A DNA stretch of 64,000 bases from Tubulanus polymorphus (GCF_964204645.1 NC_134028.1:4836001-4900000), one strand, 5' to 3'. Positions 39,598 to 54,494 are shown, counted from the first letter of the stretch. Made by a program: numbers and translations. The notes: generated by a model not told the origin, from the letters alone.

Positions 39598-42500
39598 TTT
39601 ACAGATATAGATATTGACTATGGCATGCGAGTAATACCGATAATTCACCATTTTACCATTTAAACCATTTTACTTAAAGATACATAATTCAATAATTTAT
39701 AAATACTAGAACCTTTTTAAAGATGACTCGGTTTATTTTTCTAATGAGTTTTAGGCAACGTTTAGCCTGGTTCGCTTCGCGTCAGCGAATGCATTCAACA
39801 GTCCCACAGACTGGCCTTCGTTTTTTTTTTATGTCAGCGACTCTCGACTATGGTAATTATTGAATGAATTGGATCTGCATAAACATGACGCAACACTTCA
39901 GTATCCCGAGCACAAACTGTCCTTTCATGATTTTCACTAATAGCTATGTAGCCTCAGAGCGTCTGATTGCTTCAAGCCATGTAAGACGTACACTTGAGTA
40001 CAACTGACCGATTGATTTAGCCGAGAGAACCCTCTCTTTCCGACCATCTATCCATACTGATTCCACCACAGCAACAGTCGCCGCCGATATATCGAAAATA
40101 TTCCCCTCGTCTAATAGTGTCAATACTTTAGTCTATGTATGTAGCCCCGTTACGAGCGGTCGTCAAAGCGGTCAAGGGACGAATCGTGTCCCATAAAGTA
40201 TATATATACGTGTATTTACACATTGATGACGACTTGAATAATTCATACAAAATACATAGAATTGGCATCATCAACAGATTGCCAATACGTATGTGTTCAA
40301 ATGCAACATCCAAAATGTTCGCAATACAATTTTTGGCATGCTGTTCTACTGTTACCATTCAACACTAGTGTAGGGTAAAACATCGGAAATGAATTAATTC
40401 TAAATACTTAGCGGCCAATATGACGCGTTCTGACGACCGTCCCCACGCGGCAAGTGTGATATAGGAAATCTCGACCGTAAAATACATTATCATTGCCAAT
40501 CAAGTGATGGTCTCCAAAACGAAATTGCCTTTAAGCTTATCGTTGCGACAGAAGAGCGGAATATCCGCTGCGAGATGGGCAAATTGTTATGACATGCATT
40601 GAGCAGGCAGTAGTAGACTAGATGCCTGCGAGCGGTGTCTCAATACCCTCGATACACGGCACAATATAGTAGTAAAAAATCACAACCGTGGACGGGAATG
40701 AATACGAGAATAGCCAATCAACAGGATCAAATTTACCGGCGACCAGGGACCCGAAAAAAACGGTGCCGTGCGGTCTCATGTGAACGCACTGTCTGATCCG
40801 ACAAAAATTATCACATAACTTTTCTCTATTAGCGAAATAGGTCCACTAGAATAATTTACGGGGCACCGGAACCAGTTATCGTGAATTTAATGAAATTTCC
40901 AAAATTCTGATTAGAATTTTTGGTTAATCGATTCTACGTTCCTAAGTTCTATATACAATCTACGATTCAGACATCCGCCCAAACTCATCTTGAAATACAC
41001 AACCTGCTAAATCACAACAAAGATATAATTGTTTATACATATATATCTAGTCAATAAGCCAGTGTATTTCATTTTAAAGATCAGTCGTTTTGAATTTTCC
41101 AGAACTTTACTGTTTTCAAATGATTAAGTGAATGTCTACTTGAAATGAATTCAAAACAAGCGATGATATTCATAGTTCTGACGTTGAATTCATATTTCCC
41201 GCAGTTGCTTTGTTCAGCATGTATGTTGATTAAATCTGTTTTGTTCGGATGATCGGGCCGGGAGGTTTTTGTTGGTTAGCATTATTTTCTAAGAAAACGT
41301 TAACCAAGCCACGTTCTGTAAAACATAGTTCTAGACGCGATGGAAGTGGCCGCATTTCATACAAGCAGGAAAATATTCCTGTGTCCCACAAGAATTTAGA
41401 AACAATTATTGTTTACACACTGACTAACGTCGGCGGATCGCCAGCGTTACTGCCACCGTTAAGACTAGACTATAAATATAGAAAAGGAGAGTACTTGATT
41501 CTTTCTATTTCCATTCCAAAAAGGGTTGAACGACTGAATAAAAAAGACTTTTTCAATTTATCGGTGAGGTTTAATCCCCTGAAGGCTACACAAATGCAGA
41601 GGAAGTTCCGGACGATTACAAAAATATCATATTCCAAACTCGTAGATACAAAACGAGTATTTAATCATTTATAGAGTTTAAGCTGCATCGTTTTGGTGAA
41701 AACCTTCATCTTCTTAGAGAAAATATCAAATCAGTTTGATATATCATATATCAAATCAGAATAAGAGAAATACAGATCGAGGTCGGTGATAAAAGTATCA
41801 GTTTACAGATGGTTATCCATGCGTTTCGTAATATGTTTTTCATCACGGTTATGAATTATCCACTACACTAATTACACCAATATGAAATAGAATATTTCAC
41901 CACTTCATCAAAAATTAAGAATAAAATAAAAACCCAGCTACTTATTCTCGCAGATTGCGGGCCAAATAACAACTGTGAATCATAGAAATATATATTTTTA
42001 ATACCACGGCTTCAGTAAGAGAATGATTATGCCAATATTCGGACAAAAGATCAGTTCGCAGTTCCTCATAACTATTTTCTAAATGATCCAATTATAGCAA
42101 TTAATCGAACATTGACTGTATCAATCAGACTCTGTACTCTACTGACACTATAACAGACACCAGATACTGACTGAGAGATCGCGAGGCCGAGCTGTTTTAT
42201 GCACAGTTATGATTTACGAATTGCCTGCGTTAAAACCATAAAGCTATGAACATCTATCGCAACATGTTGTGCCTCAAAAATGATTATTCGAATTCACGCA
42301 CACCGCACGCGATGCAACTCTTCGACTGAATTTATGATCCCAACTATAATGAGCAGATGGTATGCGTGGGAAATTCTGAAAAAAATCGAAATACATCGGA
42401 GGCATTTCCTTCTCCTTTACCGAGCAAAATATATTCTCAGAGTAGATTTGCACTGATAAATGTGACATTATACGTATAAAATCCCGAAATGAATAAATAC

Positions 42501-43600
42501 CAAATACACACTCCCGGCAAACTCGTTCTTTTTATATTCTACAAGCAAATAAGTGTTTTATTGATTCTGTGATAAAAGTTTGGAGTAAAACACATATCCT
42601 GTCATATTTTGATAAAAACCTGATCAACCGTGCTCTATTACTCACCGAAACATACATGCGATGTTTTTCAAGTTGGGTTTTTGAGTAGCATATGCCTGTC
42701 GGAAAAGAACACTTTATACGTTTTGTGCCGGTCTACGCCTAAAAACAGGAAATTGCAAATGAAATACAATCTTTGCCTCGTCGGTCGTCAATAAAAGGTT
42801 GTTTTTGAATAAAGACATGCACGTAGAACCGTGTGCGCCACATATATCTTTGCTGTCAAATGACATCGATTTATTTAAGTGGAATATCTGTTTTGAATAG
42901 TTCAGAGCGGAGAGAGAAAGATGCGGGAGATGAGGGCTCAGAGACAGTTTCATCACAAATACACGGCGAACATAGATATAAAAACAAATAGCCGCGCTGA
43001 CTGAGATTAAGTGGAGTGTCAAAGCTTACTCCAGTTAGTCAGATGGTGCCCTTTGATAAATCTATTCTGTAGGCCTGTTGCCAATATAATTGTAGGCTGT
43101 CTATTTGGGCGTATTTAGGGCACAGCGCCAAAGGTATATAAATAACACGTTTTCTATCCAATAATTATTGATTTGATATTAAATGATTTCCAGCTCTTTC
43201 ATTATGAGAAATAAATTCTAAACCGAGTCAGACGCAGTGGAATTGGATATAATTACTATACAAGTGAGCTCGAGGGATGTTACTGACAACATTAGAAAAG
43301 ATGAACGTCACACTCACAGTGACGTCTGGTCGTATACGTATGATAGACAGCCGTCATTCTGTTTTAAGTCATTCACGTTTCTCGTCATCAGTTTGGGCGT
43401 TAACGCGTTAATGCATTGTTAAAACAGTTGATTACTATCTCTTGAAATAAATAATGATGCTGATTTTTAACGCTGACTGAGTCATATACTAAATTAATGC
43501 TTTTAGTTTTTTAGTTGGGCAAATGATAATTCGACCAAAAAGTATGATTCAATAAGGATTCAATCAGATTCCCATACCCAAGAACCCATCATGAACCCAT

Positions 43601-43711
43601 GGCTCAGTTGCACAGTCGTGACTTAGGACTGGTCTTGTTGTTAGATTTGCTATTGAATTAATTTGATCTTCAACTGGTTTAAATCTAAGCCATGACTGTG
43701 AAACTGGTGCC
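43601..43711. mobile_element. PIF/Harbinger-like MITE, related to the degenerate copy at about 53868-54029
   Basis: Inverted ends GGCTCAGTTGCACAGTCGTGACTTAG and CTAAGCCATGACTGTGAAACTGGTGCC. The interior CTGGTC..GTTGTTAGATT.GCTATT and AGCCATGACT recur at 53958-54019. Confidence 0.6.
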
Positions 43712-43789
43712 AAGATTCAAGACTGTCATAAAACATTCCAAATGCCGGTGCACTATCACTCGGAACTCCTCTGCCGCTCTAACTCTTTT

Positions 43790-44790
43790 GTATATTTATT
43801 TTATTATTGTGACATGTAGTTATAAGTCTTCTTTACCAACACATAATATATACATTTCAACACTACCCAGCCCTCAACGGGCTTATAAGTCACCATTAAT
43901 TAGATTTATTTATAAATATATTCAAGTGGCACTGAAAGTACATGAACTCCTTTTACTCCAACATTGTTCAATAAAGGTTGCTAGAGTTATTTGATAGTTA
44001 GCCATTAATATTTGAAACTGTTGTTGTTTTGTTAGTTCTTGGAAGTCATGCACCTCCTGTGACATGTCTATAAAAAGTTTATACCGTTCTTGTTCGTATT
44101 TCTTACATGACATAATAAAGTGAAATTCATCTTCAACGCATGCTTCAGGTCTACAAAAGTTACATACGCGTTCCTCAACCCTTTTACCCCTAAACCGAAC
44201 AATTCTATTTCCAAACCCAGGACACCACACCTTAGCTGTGCTAATAAGCTTCTCTTCTTTCTTGACATAAAATTCATAATATAACTTTCAGCCCCGAAAG
44301 TATTCTTAAATGTAATATACGTGCGTAATTTTGGTTTATTATTAACTTCAGAAATCCACTGCTCACTAATTGATAATTTTGTACACCTTTGTGCGTACTT
44401 CATATCAACTCGTTGTAAATTATCTATAAAATTAGTATTTAAACCGAGGCTTCGACATAAGTTACCAAAATCTCGGAACCAACCAATATTCAAATCACGT
44501 AATTGGAGAAATATACGTTTAGTGAGTCTATCATCCGCCATAGCGATAAGTCTATTCCAAAGACGGAAAATTTCAAAATAACGCTTATACTTAGCTGGAT
44601 AGCATCCAAAGTCATGCATTGCCGCAATGGGGGTTAATGACCCCACACCGAGAAAAAATCTAATGGCTCTAGTTTGCACCCTTTCTATCAGTTTATTATT
44701 CTTAAAACCCCACACACCGGCTCCGTAACTAAGTAGGGTCCACAAATGATTCATATAGTTTAGTGAACGTTTTATATCATTTATATTGTA
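43790..44790 (-). mobile_element. 5'-truncated, frameshifted non-LTR retrotransposon (3' part of ORF2; RTE-X-like)
   Basis: Stitched frames read YKTFTKLYES..LSYGAGVWG..IERVQTRAIRFFLGV..KPKLRTYITFK..RSLLAQLRCGVLGLEIE / RFRGKRVEERVCNFC..VEDEFHFIMSC (CCHC finger). A short 3'UTR ends in an AATAAAATAAA tail near 43795. The clade assignment is from memory of motifs. Confidence 0.85.
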
Positions 44791-47700
44791 TCTTTTATCA
44801 GATCGGAGAATCCGTTTGCCTCCAATCGTACTCTTTTATTGGTCACGTGACTTTTTGGAGTCTCCGAATCCTCCTTTCTGTCGAGGTAGTGTGATTCGGA
44901 TTTTGTGTGGAGCCAACCGGAGTACGACCTATGGGCGTACTCTTTTATGACCTCAGAAGTCTCCGTCCGAAATCTCGTTTGGGTACACCTCTCGCTCGGC
45001 ACCTATCGGGAATCTCTCAGCAGCTGTGTCATCTGAAGACCGACCGACACGTGCACTTATCAACCCAGTTCAATCTCAGGTTAAACATTTCTGATTATTG
45101 ATGAACGTACAGACCATATTGTTCAATTGAACGTCTGAGAATTGATTAAGGCGTCTTCGTAAATGTGTGTCTTAGGTGTTGAAACAGGAATTTAGTGGCT
45201 GTAAGAATCAATGTTCACTCCAATAATCCTCGGTAATGGAATGCGTGCGCGATGTCTCAGACATCCTAGTTACACATTACCGGCTTCAGTCGAGCGTTTC
45301 AGAATTATCTTCAAAATCTATTGAAATCTCGTGAATTCGTTCGCGCTGCGAGATCATCGGCTAAAATCTATATTTCTCAACTTTCAACCACGTCTTCGAG
45401 TTCATTAGCGTAATTCGAGCCGAGGGTATGCCGTGGAGTCAACGAGGCTCATGGACCGCGTGCCCCCAACCCGGGTCGAATCTCGGGGAAATGAAGTTGA
45501 TATCGATACGACAAAGTAAACACAAATAGACTCATTTGGTTTTGAGCTTCCACCCAAAGCAAATTTTACTGATCAGATGACAAAAATGTGGCTTGTCGCA
45601 ATGTTTACGGTGCAATCCAGCTGTATACAATTGTCTATGGAATTGTATAGAGTTGCAATTGCCGGTTTAGTGGACATGGTGTTTATTGGAAACAGTCGAG
45701 GCCAAACACGGCTTCATTTTTTCGATAAATATCGAAGATGTCACTCTCGTACTGACGAATGATGAAAACCATAGAAATTATAGATTTTCGCAAAATGTTA
45801 TATTCACACACATATATGAACCAACAGTATCATCTATCTGAATTCACAGATAATATATGAAAATTCGACGATTGTTCTATCGATTCTCTCTGGAATTTTC
45901 TTTAATGCCATATTAACGCAATTTTCAGATGTCAAGATTTCTTCAACGTCGCAATTTGGGATTTAAACGGTCGAACGCATTTCACATGGAATAATAGATA
46001 TTAGATAATCCTACTACCAATGCTCTAGGGTTTTAGCATTTGTCAGCATTAGATTTTTCCTTTGTGAATTGAAACGGGGATATCCAACCACAGTTATCCG
46101 TGACGTTCTTCTTAAAGCAGCTTGGTTATCATTATTTGTGAAACAGGACTCGCCGCCGATATGGCGTGCGGTATTAAATGCATCGTCTGCCATGATTTTA
46201 CCTTTAAGGAGATTATGTTATCACTTTACATTTCGTTCGCAACGCATTACATTTACGCAACAATTCTCATCTTTCATCAGAAAGATAAAAATACATTTCT
46301 ATGAATTGAAATTAGAAAAAAAAGTTAAAGAAATACATTAAATTCAAAAGAATGCTCAATCGCTAACGAATGTTGCAAAGGCTGATATTGATATGAATGA
46401 GACAGTTTTGATGGCTTACGCGAAGAAAGAAAAGACAACACGACAAGATGACTCACCAGATTTTTACAATTCACACATCTTCCAATAAATGGCATCGCAT
46501 GTCAATGCTGTCTTATATCCGAATGAATGTTGAGGTTGGCCCGGCGAGACCTGCAAACAAATACCCTGTTGTTACGATTACTGTAGATGTATTTTTGTTG
46601 TGTGATTTCTAGTGGATACACAAGTTACACTCGGTGGCGGCGGCGCTCAGCGGCATCAGCTCGAATGTAACGACGACACGATGTCTCTGATAAACTGTGC
46701 GGCGTGTGGCTGTGTTTATATCACGGCTGTGTTTCGTATTGATCCCGCGCGCGCGGCAACGCAAAATCTGCGCTTAAAGACACACGACGAACAAAATACG
46801 AAATCATCGACTCCTCTCTGACCGCCTGTTCAATCTTTATCGGCTTAAAAGACAAATGAAAATTCTAATTGGTAATTGGAGTGGAAATAGTAAAAGAAAA
46901 AGATGAAATTGTAAAACTAGATCGCGTGAACTCCTCGCCGTATCGTACGAAGTATTCTTAAAGTAACGCTTTATTTTCGGTGCAGTACAAGGTAATCATG
47001 TTGCCAAACATTCATGGCCTTTATGTAACATAGATAGATAATACAAATATATTTATAAACGTATTAGTTTCGGACAACTTTTCTCTTTATAGATAATTGA
47101 AGCTGACAGGAAACAGACCTAGGCTTTTAATTGTAAAAGATAAATGAATTAGAGCTAACGTGTTTTGGGATTGACGGAAGGTAAACCGACAATCCTCGAA
47201 TATTCTCCAGGGGTTCAGCATGTATACATTCATCATTACGAGACCATTTGGGAGCAATATTGTATTTTACAGTATGAATACTACCGTACATATTGCAGCA
47301 GAGGGAACAGTGTTCAATTCATCATCGAAGAAAAACTTTCTGATCATCTCGATTTCACGGTCACATAAAATATCATTTCCTCACGAAAGCATTAGCTTTA
47401 TTCAATATACAGATAGCAGATAGCAGATAGACCGAGACAAAACGGAAAAATTATATCAAAGCCCCTCAGTCTACGTAAGTTCGATGAAGAAGCATTGAAG
47501 ATCCTGTATGGAAGACAAGAACAAATTAATCAGGTCGTAAGAGTTCCTAGAAGTATCAGTTCTCAGAAAAATCATGACCTTATTACATATATTTTTGAGA
47601 AAGATTATTATCACAAACTCGTAGAAAAAATAGGGACAAAATTCAAATAAAACGAATGATCTTTTGACTATTTCTTAAAAATCACTTCTTTGTATCTATT

Positions 47701-50700
47701 CTTTATTAACTGATTCCCTAAAACATTTGTTTGCATTTTCTGTGGACCAAGTTCTAAATGGTTATCGGTGGTTAAAGATTATACAATCGGGTAAGGATAT
47801 TTGAAATGAGAACTAATTTCAACGATGGGGGTAAAACCGATGACCATAGAACTGGGTTCCGGAATCGAAGTTGAGGTCAGGCCTTGTTGCGGTGGAAAGA
47901 CAGCAACAGTATCTGAATAAGAGAACCTGGTCTGGCATTGCAAAGATAAGTTACACCGAATTATGACGCGATTCCGGATTTGAAATCTTACGTTCTTCAC
48001 CGCTGACGATCCGGCGTATAATACTGAGCCGCAGCTCTCTGGGTATAAACATCAGTACACGGTAATCAATTCATTCAACGGGTCATCCATCAAAATCATG
48101 ACTGACACAGTGAAATCTGCGTCATTTAATCGAACGAGTAGATCATCGCTTTCATCGTCATTATCATTATCAGTTTCATCATCATCAGCATTAGAGTTAC
48201 GGCCGAATGCGATATTTCGATTTTGAAATCGCGCACGACGGTTAGGAGGAGACAGACAGTGAGTTTACAGAGATACGAGGAAGGTTTACTCAGATATTTC
48301 GAAGCGAACGAGCAATATGCAAATTAGGTGTCGTAGATCGATCAATCAAATGCGTTGATTTATGGCACGTGGTAGTTTACGGAAAATTGTTGGTGATTTA
48401 CGAGATTTTCTTTCTTTGAATGAAAAGACGTCAGGTAAAAATCATACGTGTCGTATGTGAAGAACCGAAGCCGATTTTAAAATGAAAAATTCATTTATAC
48501 CAGGATTTTTTCATCAATTCAAAAGATTTAGGCTCTTAGCCCGCGATCCTTGTCTGATGTTTCAAGCATGTAAAATTGGAAGGCAAACCCTAGCTGATGA
48601 CCAGAAATCGTTGGCAATGTAATAGGCCAATGAAGGGTTTGCAGCCAGAGTTTGTGTTGGCGTGAGCTTCAGCGGGCGGCAATCAAACCCAGGCAAGCGA
48701 GGATGTTAGATACCGGCTCCATGCAGATCAAAAAGTAAGACCTATTAGGTCAATTCATCTGACATTACATATTTGATGCTTGTACCAAAATGAATTAAAG
48801 TAACGAATCTAATGCATCTTCGGAGGGTAGAACGAAAAACGAATATTTTCGTCGATGAGAAAATTTCATTAGACCAAGACGAGTGACTTGTGACACGATA
48901 TTTTTTAAATTAGATCTATCCGCACTTCGCGTTGAAGATATCGAAAAGGCAAAAGTCCACTTTTCGTGATTAGATCAAGCGTTCGTTGTCGTTCATTCGT
49001 TTGTGTCTTCAGGGGGGATGGGGGAATGGCAAAAAGACGTGAGCCGTAAAGAAATTTTTGAAATAGAACATTATCTCCCATTATCGATCAGGCGCAGAAG
49101 CCAGAAACATCAATAGCAGTCACAAGTGATCACCATACATCTATTTTGCTTACTTACCGTAAAATTGAATCTGCAACGAGCGCCGTCCATTTGTGTATGC
49201 ATCTCTCCATACTATTAGCACACAGTCGACCAGAGCAGCTCTTGGATGGACCATCTCTCCTCTTACCGTACCCGTAATTGCTGAAGACAATCACGTCTTC
49301 GTGTATACATCATTATTACACTGAGTAGTGAGGTCTCGATGGTTTGGTCGATGTTACTAACTACAAAAATTGTGCAAATCTTTCCGTACAGTAACATCTT
49401 TGATAAAGGCGCCATGATAATAGTGGTTATGTCTCAGTGGAAGAGAATCGAGTTTTTGATAAAGAAAACATAGCCTCAGTTAGAAAAAACAAGAAGAAGA
49501 TGAAGCTGAATTTCAAATAATGATGATATGTATGAATAATGACAATATTCAACAATAATTGCAATAGATTATTTTTTTCGAAAACGTGGTTTACATGTTT
49601 CAAAACTGAAGCGATAGCCCGGAAAGCCTAGAATGGATACATGTACGTACATATCGTGTTTAAAGATACAATGCGATGACCAGGGGGCCGTGTCGCAGCA
49701 GTTTCATCCGTCACAGCATCACACAGATGAAACCTATCGTTTTGCGCGAAATGAGCCCAGAAATTTCGATGAAATTGAAATTAATTGCAGAACAAATTCG
49801 TCTGCAAATATATGCAAGGATGATTGAGATATGGCTGCAGCAAACTGTCGTGTCCATGTCAAACTCCAGAATCATCTCCATCATCAAATACCTTCGGAAA
49901 TATAGATCCTACACGTAAAGCTGATGATGATGTAAAATCAAAACAAAGAGACAATATTTACAAACCAATTCATTAGATTTCACGTAAACCGTTTGTTTGA
50001 ACAATCATTCGACGTGTATTTGCATTCCACGCGGCTCTTACTTTAAGGGCGCTTAAAATCCATTAGCGACAATTTCACAATCTAGTTCCACAGGAAACGG
50101 TTCGAATATTCCTAATCAATACCTTTTTTTATTCATCGATAAAAATGCATCATCGACTTTCATCCGAGAGTTGAATAATCACCCACCCGCGAGTAGCATT
50201 AAATTCAGGGTTCAATAAGTGTTACATTACAGAATATTGTAAAATATGGAATATTAAGTTTAGGTTCGATCAATTTGATCCATTAGAATCGTATCACTTT
50301 ATGTTTATTATCGGTTCAACACGGTTCAATTCAATTTGATATCAATAAATAGCTATTGAGCAAAAGTACCAAATGCTGAATGAATAAGTTAAGTAATATG
50401 ATGAATGAGGATCAATATATTAGCCTGGAGTAAATGATCATAATAATGTACTTGAATTATTTTCAGGTTTATGTAAACACGATGCAGAATCACGTATATG
50501 TGTTGTGTCATAAACAAATGTACTCTTTTGGTGTGATAAACTAATATCATTGATCATGACAATTTGGTGATCATAATCAGTTTAACGGAGACTCTCTCAA
50601 CGTTATAGAATAACTTTGAAGACGACACCAAATTCAAAAGTTGTGTTATACTATTCTGAACTTGTTTAACGCATTGCCGTGGAACTGCTTCTAGGGCCTC

Positions 50701-51709
50701 ATCTCCGGTTCCCTGATCATATTTTGTGGAGGAAGAATTGTTGCAATCTGAGAACCTAACAAAAAACTGGTATAATACAAAAACACGTCGTCACAAACTG
50801 AGATCTAATCTCTTTATATCAGCTGTAATTATGTCATTGATTCGGCTCCAGGTACTTCAAAGGGATATCAATTAGCCGCCCAGTTATTAATATATGAGAC
50901 AAAACTCAGATCAGCAGGATATTGGGTAACACCTTAATCACTCGTATTACTACTTTCCACAAGTTATTTGTTGATGAGGACAAAACCCGCGGCGGCACGA
51001 TTTTCCATGAGGATAACATTCGAAAAATACCACTGAAAGCAACCTAATACTTCTGGCAAGAATGTTTTTCAAACAGAAAACAGAAAATCAATTTTTAAGG
51101 CAATGCATCTTTTTTATTCATGAGTTATTTTATGAAGACCTGCGGCTAGTTTTATAGACCTGATGTCATTTCGATTATCGGTCGATTATGTTAACCCCTT
51201 AAGGTTTTCTGGCGTGTATTTCGGAGCTTTGAGTGAAAATTCAGAGGACAAAAACCCAGAAAACATTTATTCTAGAACTTTGATTCGATGATCATAGAAC
51301 TGGTAGGATGGATATTTTTACTTGAATTCGAAATTAAGCAGATTTAAAACAGTACCCGATCAAACAAAAGATCTATAAGAACCATAAACACCTCGCTAGA
51401 CCTGCTTTAAAACGGTTGAAAGCATTTTACAATGAAATCGAAACACTTATTCGACGTCGGGGGAGAATCGTTTGAATTTAATCCAACTAAAGCTAAGCCG
51501 CCTGCAACTGCGTTTGACAGTCAGGGACGGGAATTACAGATAAAATCTTTTGGCGTTTTATAATTGAATTTCTGATAATCTCCGTTAAAAACCAGATTGA
51601 AATCATTCGATTTGACAATAAATCATTATCATGCTGTATGGATAGAGCCGCCCGAGCTGCACGTTCCTCGAATAAGCTCAGCAAAAATCCAAAAGATACC
51701 TCCAGTTTC

Positions 51710-51918
51710 TTCTTTTTATTTCTGGAGGCTTTTCTTGACGGCTTATAATATGTATTCAAAAGTGATTTGATTGAAATATCTTATTTAACAAACAGAAACC
51801 ATTTCCCTTGTTCTTTTTATTCCTGGAGGCTTTTCTTGTCGGCTCATAATATGTATTCAAAAGTGATTTGATTGAAATTTGAAATATCTTATTCAACAAA
51901 CAGAAGCCATTTTCCTTG
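51710..51918. repeat. Recent tandem duplication (101 bp + 108 bp)
   Basis: 51710-51810 and 51811-51918 are nearly identical; the second copy has a 7-bp TTGAAAT micro-duplication. Confidence 0.92.
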
Positions 51919-54381
51919 ATGTTCTCAAAGAGGGTTCGAACTAAAGACCCTATGATCAAGGTTTTTGGAAGTTTTTCGAAGTTCCACAGAGTTCCAATAT
52001 AGTTTTTGTGGTGTATGTATGGCAATATGAGGTTTAGGGATTGTTGAATAATAGTGCAGAAGATCGAATAATAAACTGATGAAATGTTAACTTCAAAAGC
52101 GAAAAAACCTCTTGATCTCGTCGGGAAAATGCTTCAAAGATCTATTCTTGTTCACAGAGAATCGATATGAAAAATATCAATTAACCATTACAGCTGACTA
52201 AGCAATAGTCAAACGAGACTTATTGATTAGGAATGCAAAAAGACAGTTGACAAAAAGAACTATGAAAGGCCATATCAGAATCAAATAGCACCAAAGGAAG
52301 GTCTGGTCTTTTCAGGTGTTGGAAAAGCTTAAAGATGTATATTTGAATGTCTGTATCCGCCATACAAGTCAAAAATACCCTCGCGAAATATAGAAAATCT
52401 TTGATCCTTCAAAAGAGAATCTGATAAGCTTTCGACATCGAGTTCCCCGGACAGATGTTACTTAACCGTCGTTGAGCTGAAGAGCGCGAATATAGTCCAA
52501 TCTATTTTTGACGACGCAAATGAATTGGTTCGTGAACGTGGAGAGAAGCCATTCTGTACAGTATCTCTGAGATGGATGGTATAAATCTTGCCGATCCGAT
52601 GAACAGGAACGTTTTAACGGTGATTCCCATGCCGGTCAGAGCGTTAACGATTAAGCTTATAATCAGGTAACTTCCCGTCGCTCTAGCAGCAAAACGAGTC
52701 CGCTATGTGTGCTCCTAATTCGACGCGATAAGCATCGAATACTAATGCCACTTCCGAAACGGTCTTACAAAGGTCACTTAGGAATAGATTGTTTCTGTTA
52801 AGATGCAGTTACTCGCGACGCCGTTCCGTAAATGTAATCATCCCCAATCGGACAGCTCATTAAGGCGTGGAGAGAAAAGAGGCTTGTGTGTCGCAGCCAG
52901 GCGAGGCCAATACACGAGGCGAAATTCAGAATTACCACTGGCAGACTTTTTTGTCATCAAAATGCTGTAGGAACAACTCAGAAACATTTCTCAATTCCTT
53001 TTTGGTTTACGAGTTGATAAACACTTCTCTATCTCTTCATTCACGTAAAAGACGACCATCCAGCAACACAATGAAGTAGTATGGGGGATTCGGACAGCCA
53101 TGTATATATTCATATTAATCTGGGGTGAATGAGTTTAAGACTGTTTGAACAAACCAAATCATAAACTAAGCAAGTAGGATCTTCAAAAGAAAAGTTGAGC
53201 GTGTGGACCAGTCACTGAAATCAATATCCCAATCCTGGATGTTGTCTCAGTCTTTAAACGACCATATGCAATTCTAAAGAATTCATTTTAGATTTCACAA
53301 ATATGTATTAACGCAACGTTTTAGAATTTGTCTTTAATAACTTCACGATGTGTCTCATGATGATAAAGTCTAACTACATAAATAAATCATTATGTATACA
53401 TGTATGTGTGTATGTATGTATGAAGCAGGCTGATGTAGGATGCGTAGAATATTAGTTATTACTGGACGTAATGAGACGTGAAATGAAACTGCTGACAAAC
53501 ACAATGATTACATACAGAGAATCCGGTGAATAACGTGTCACCGGCAACGACCACGATCACTCCTCGTCTTCACAACACACAACATCAATTATCATCAGTA
53601 AACCTAGTTAGCATTTCACACGTTGATTTCCATCCGTGATCACGATAGGAACAATTGACTGCGCCGCATCGACGATAACAATTTGTGAAACACACAACGT
53701 TCCCGATAATTTCGAGTATCAAGTTTCTTCTTCGAAAATACCACACAGTCCGCCTATAACTTTAATGCTAAATCTCTTAATTTGAAGTCAATTCGAACGA
53801 GGGATTAATAGAAAATAGTTGACAATTAAACTCGTTATTTTCAAAACCAGTATATAGTCGAGACTTGAGTCCAAAGCTATCTTAAATCTTAAGACTATGG
53901 GTCTTAAGTTGTTAGATTAGATTAGCTCTACGGTGTAGAACCAAAATTAGCTCAGACTGGTCATAAGTTGTTAGATTGGCTATTAGATATGGTCTAAGAA
54001 TGTTCTTTAGCCATGACTATGGGGCCCAGAAACTTGTATATTTTCGTATATCTCTATTGAAGCCACGGGAATGACTCGCTACAGTATTGGACTATACCAG
54101 AATCTATAAATCAATGGCAAATTTCTCACGTAAACATGGAAGAATGATTTGAAATAATCATAGATCGATGAATGATGAGATTGTTAGTTTGAGTGAGTGT
54201 TTATAAACTAGTGCGAACACGAGAGATATCTATAAATGATTGATGATTGTGTATCTGGTATCAGGAGAATTTAGGAAACGCGAAATACCCACATCTCAGC
54301 GTTAGGAAATAGCGTGTTCTTCAATCTTCGTTAATATTCGGTGCTAATTGTAAAATGTGCAACACGTCATAATATAATCAT

Positions 54382-54494
54382 CAGGATCCAGATCGGCACA
54401 GTTCTGACTTAAATTTGACTCTTGAGTTAAAACATTGAAAATAAGCTGATTTCAACTCTAGAGAAGGCAATCACAAGTATGGAACCAGGCCCTG
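54382..54494. mobile_element. Degenerate copy of the PIF/Harbinger-like MITE family (CWG-flanked)
   Basis: Core GAGTTAAAACATTGAAAATAAGCTGATTTCAACTC matches 35163-35197; ends are CAG...GGAACCAGGCCCTG. Confidence 0.55.

Noticed and set aside
41249-41674. 141-aa plus-strand ORF
   Set aside because: No recognisable domain, coding-like composition or splice context; compatible with chance, though not excluded without BLAST.
43372-43395. Additional CTGATGA...GAAA hammerhead-like strings (also near 48593)
   Set aside because: Only 3 nt separate the core boxes, so stem II cannot form.
45421-45490. tRNA/SINE-like B-box motifs (also near 4548, 25521, 49430, 54890, 55026)
   Set aside because: No cloverleaf can be built and A/B boxes are not paired convincingly; at most very decayed SINE heads.
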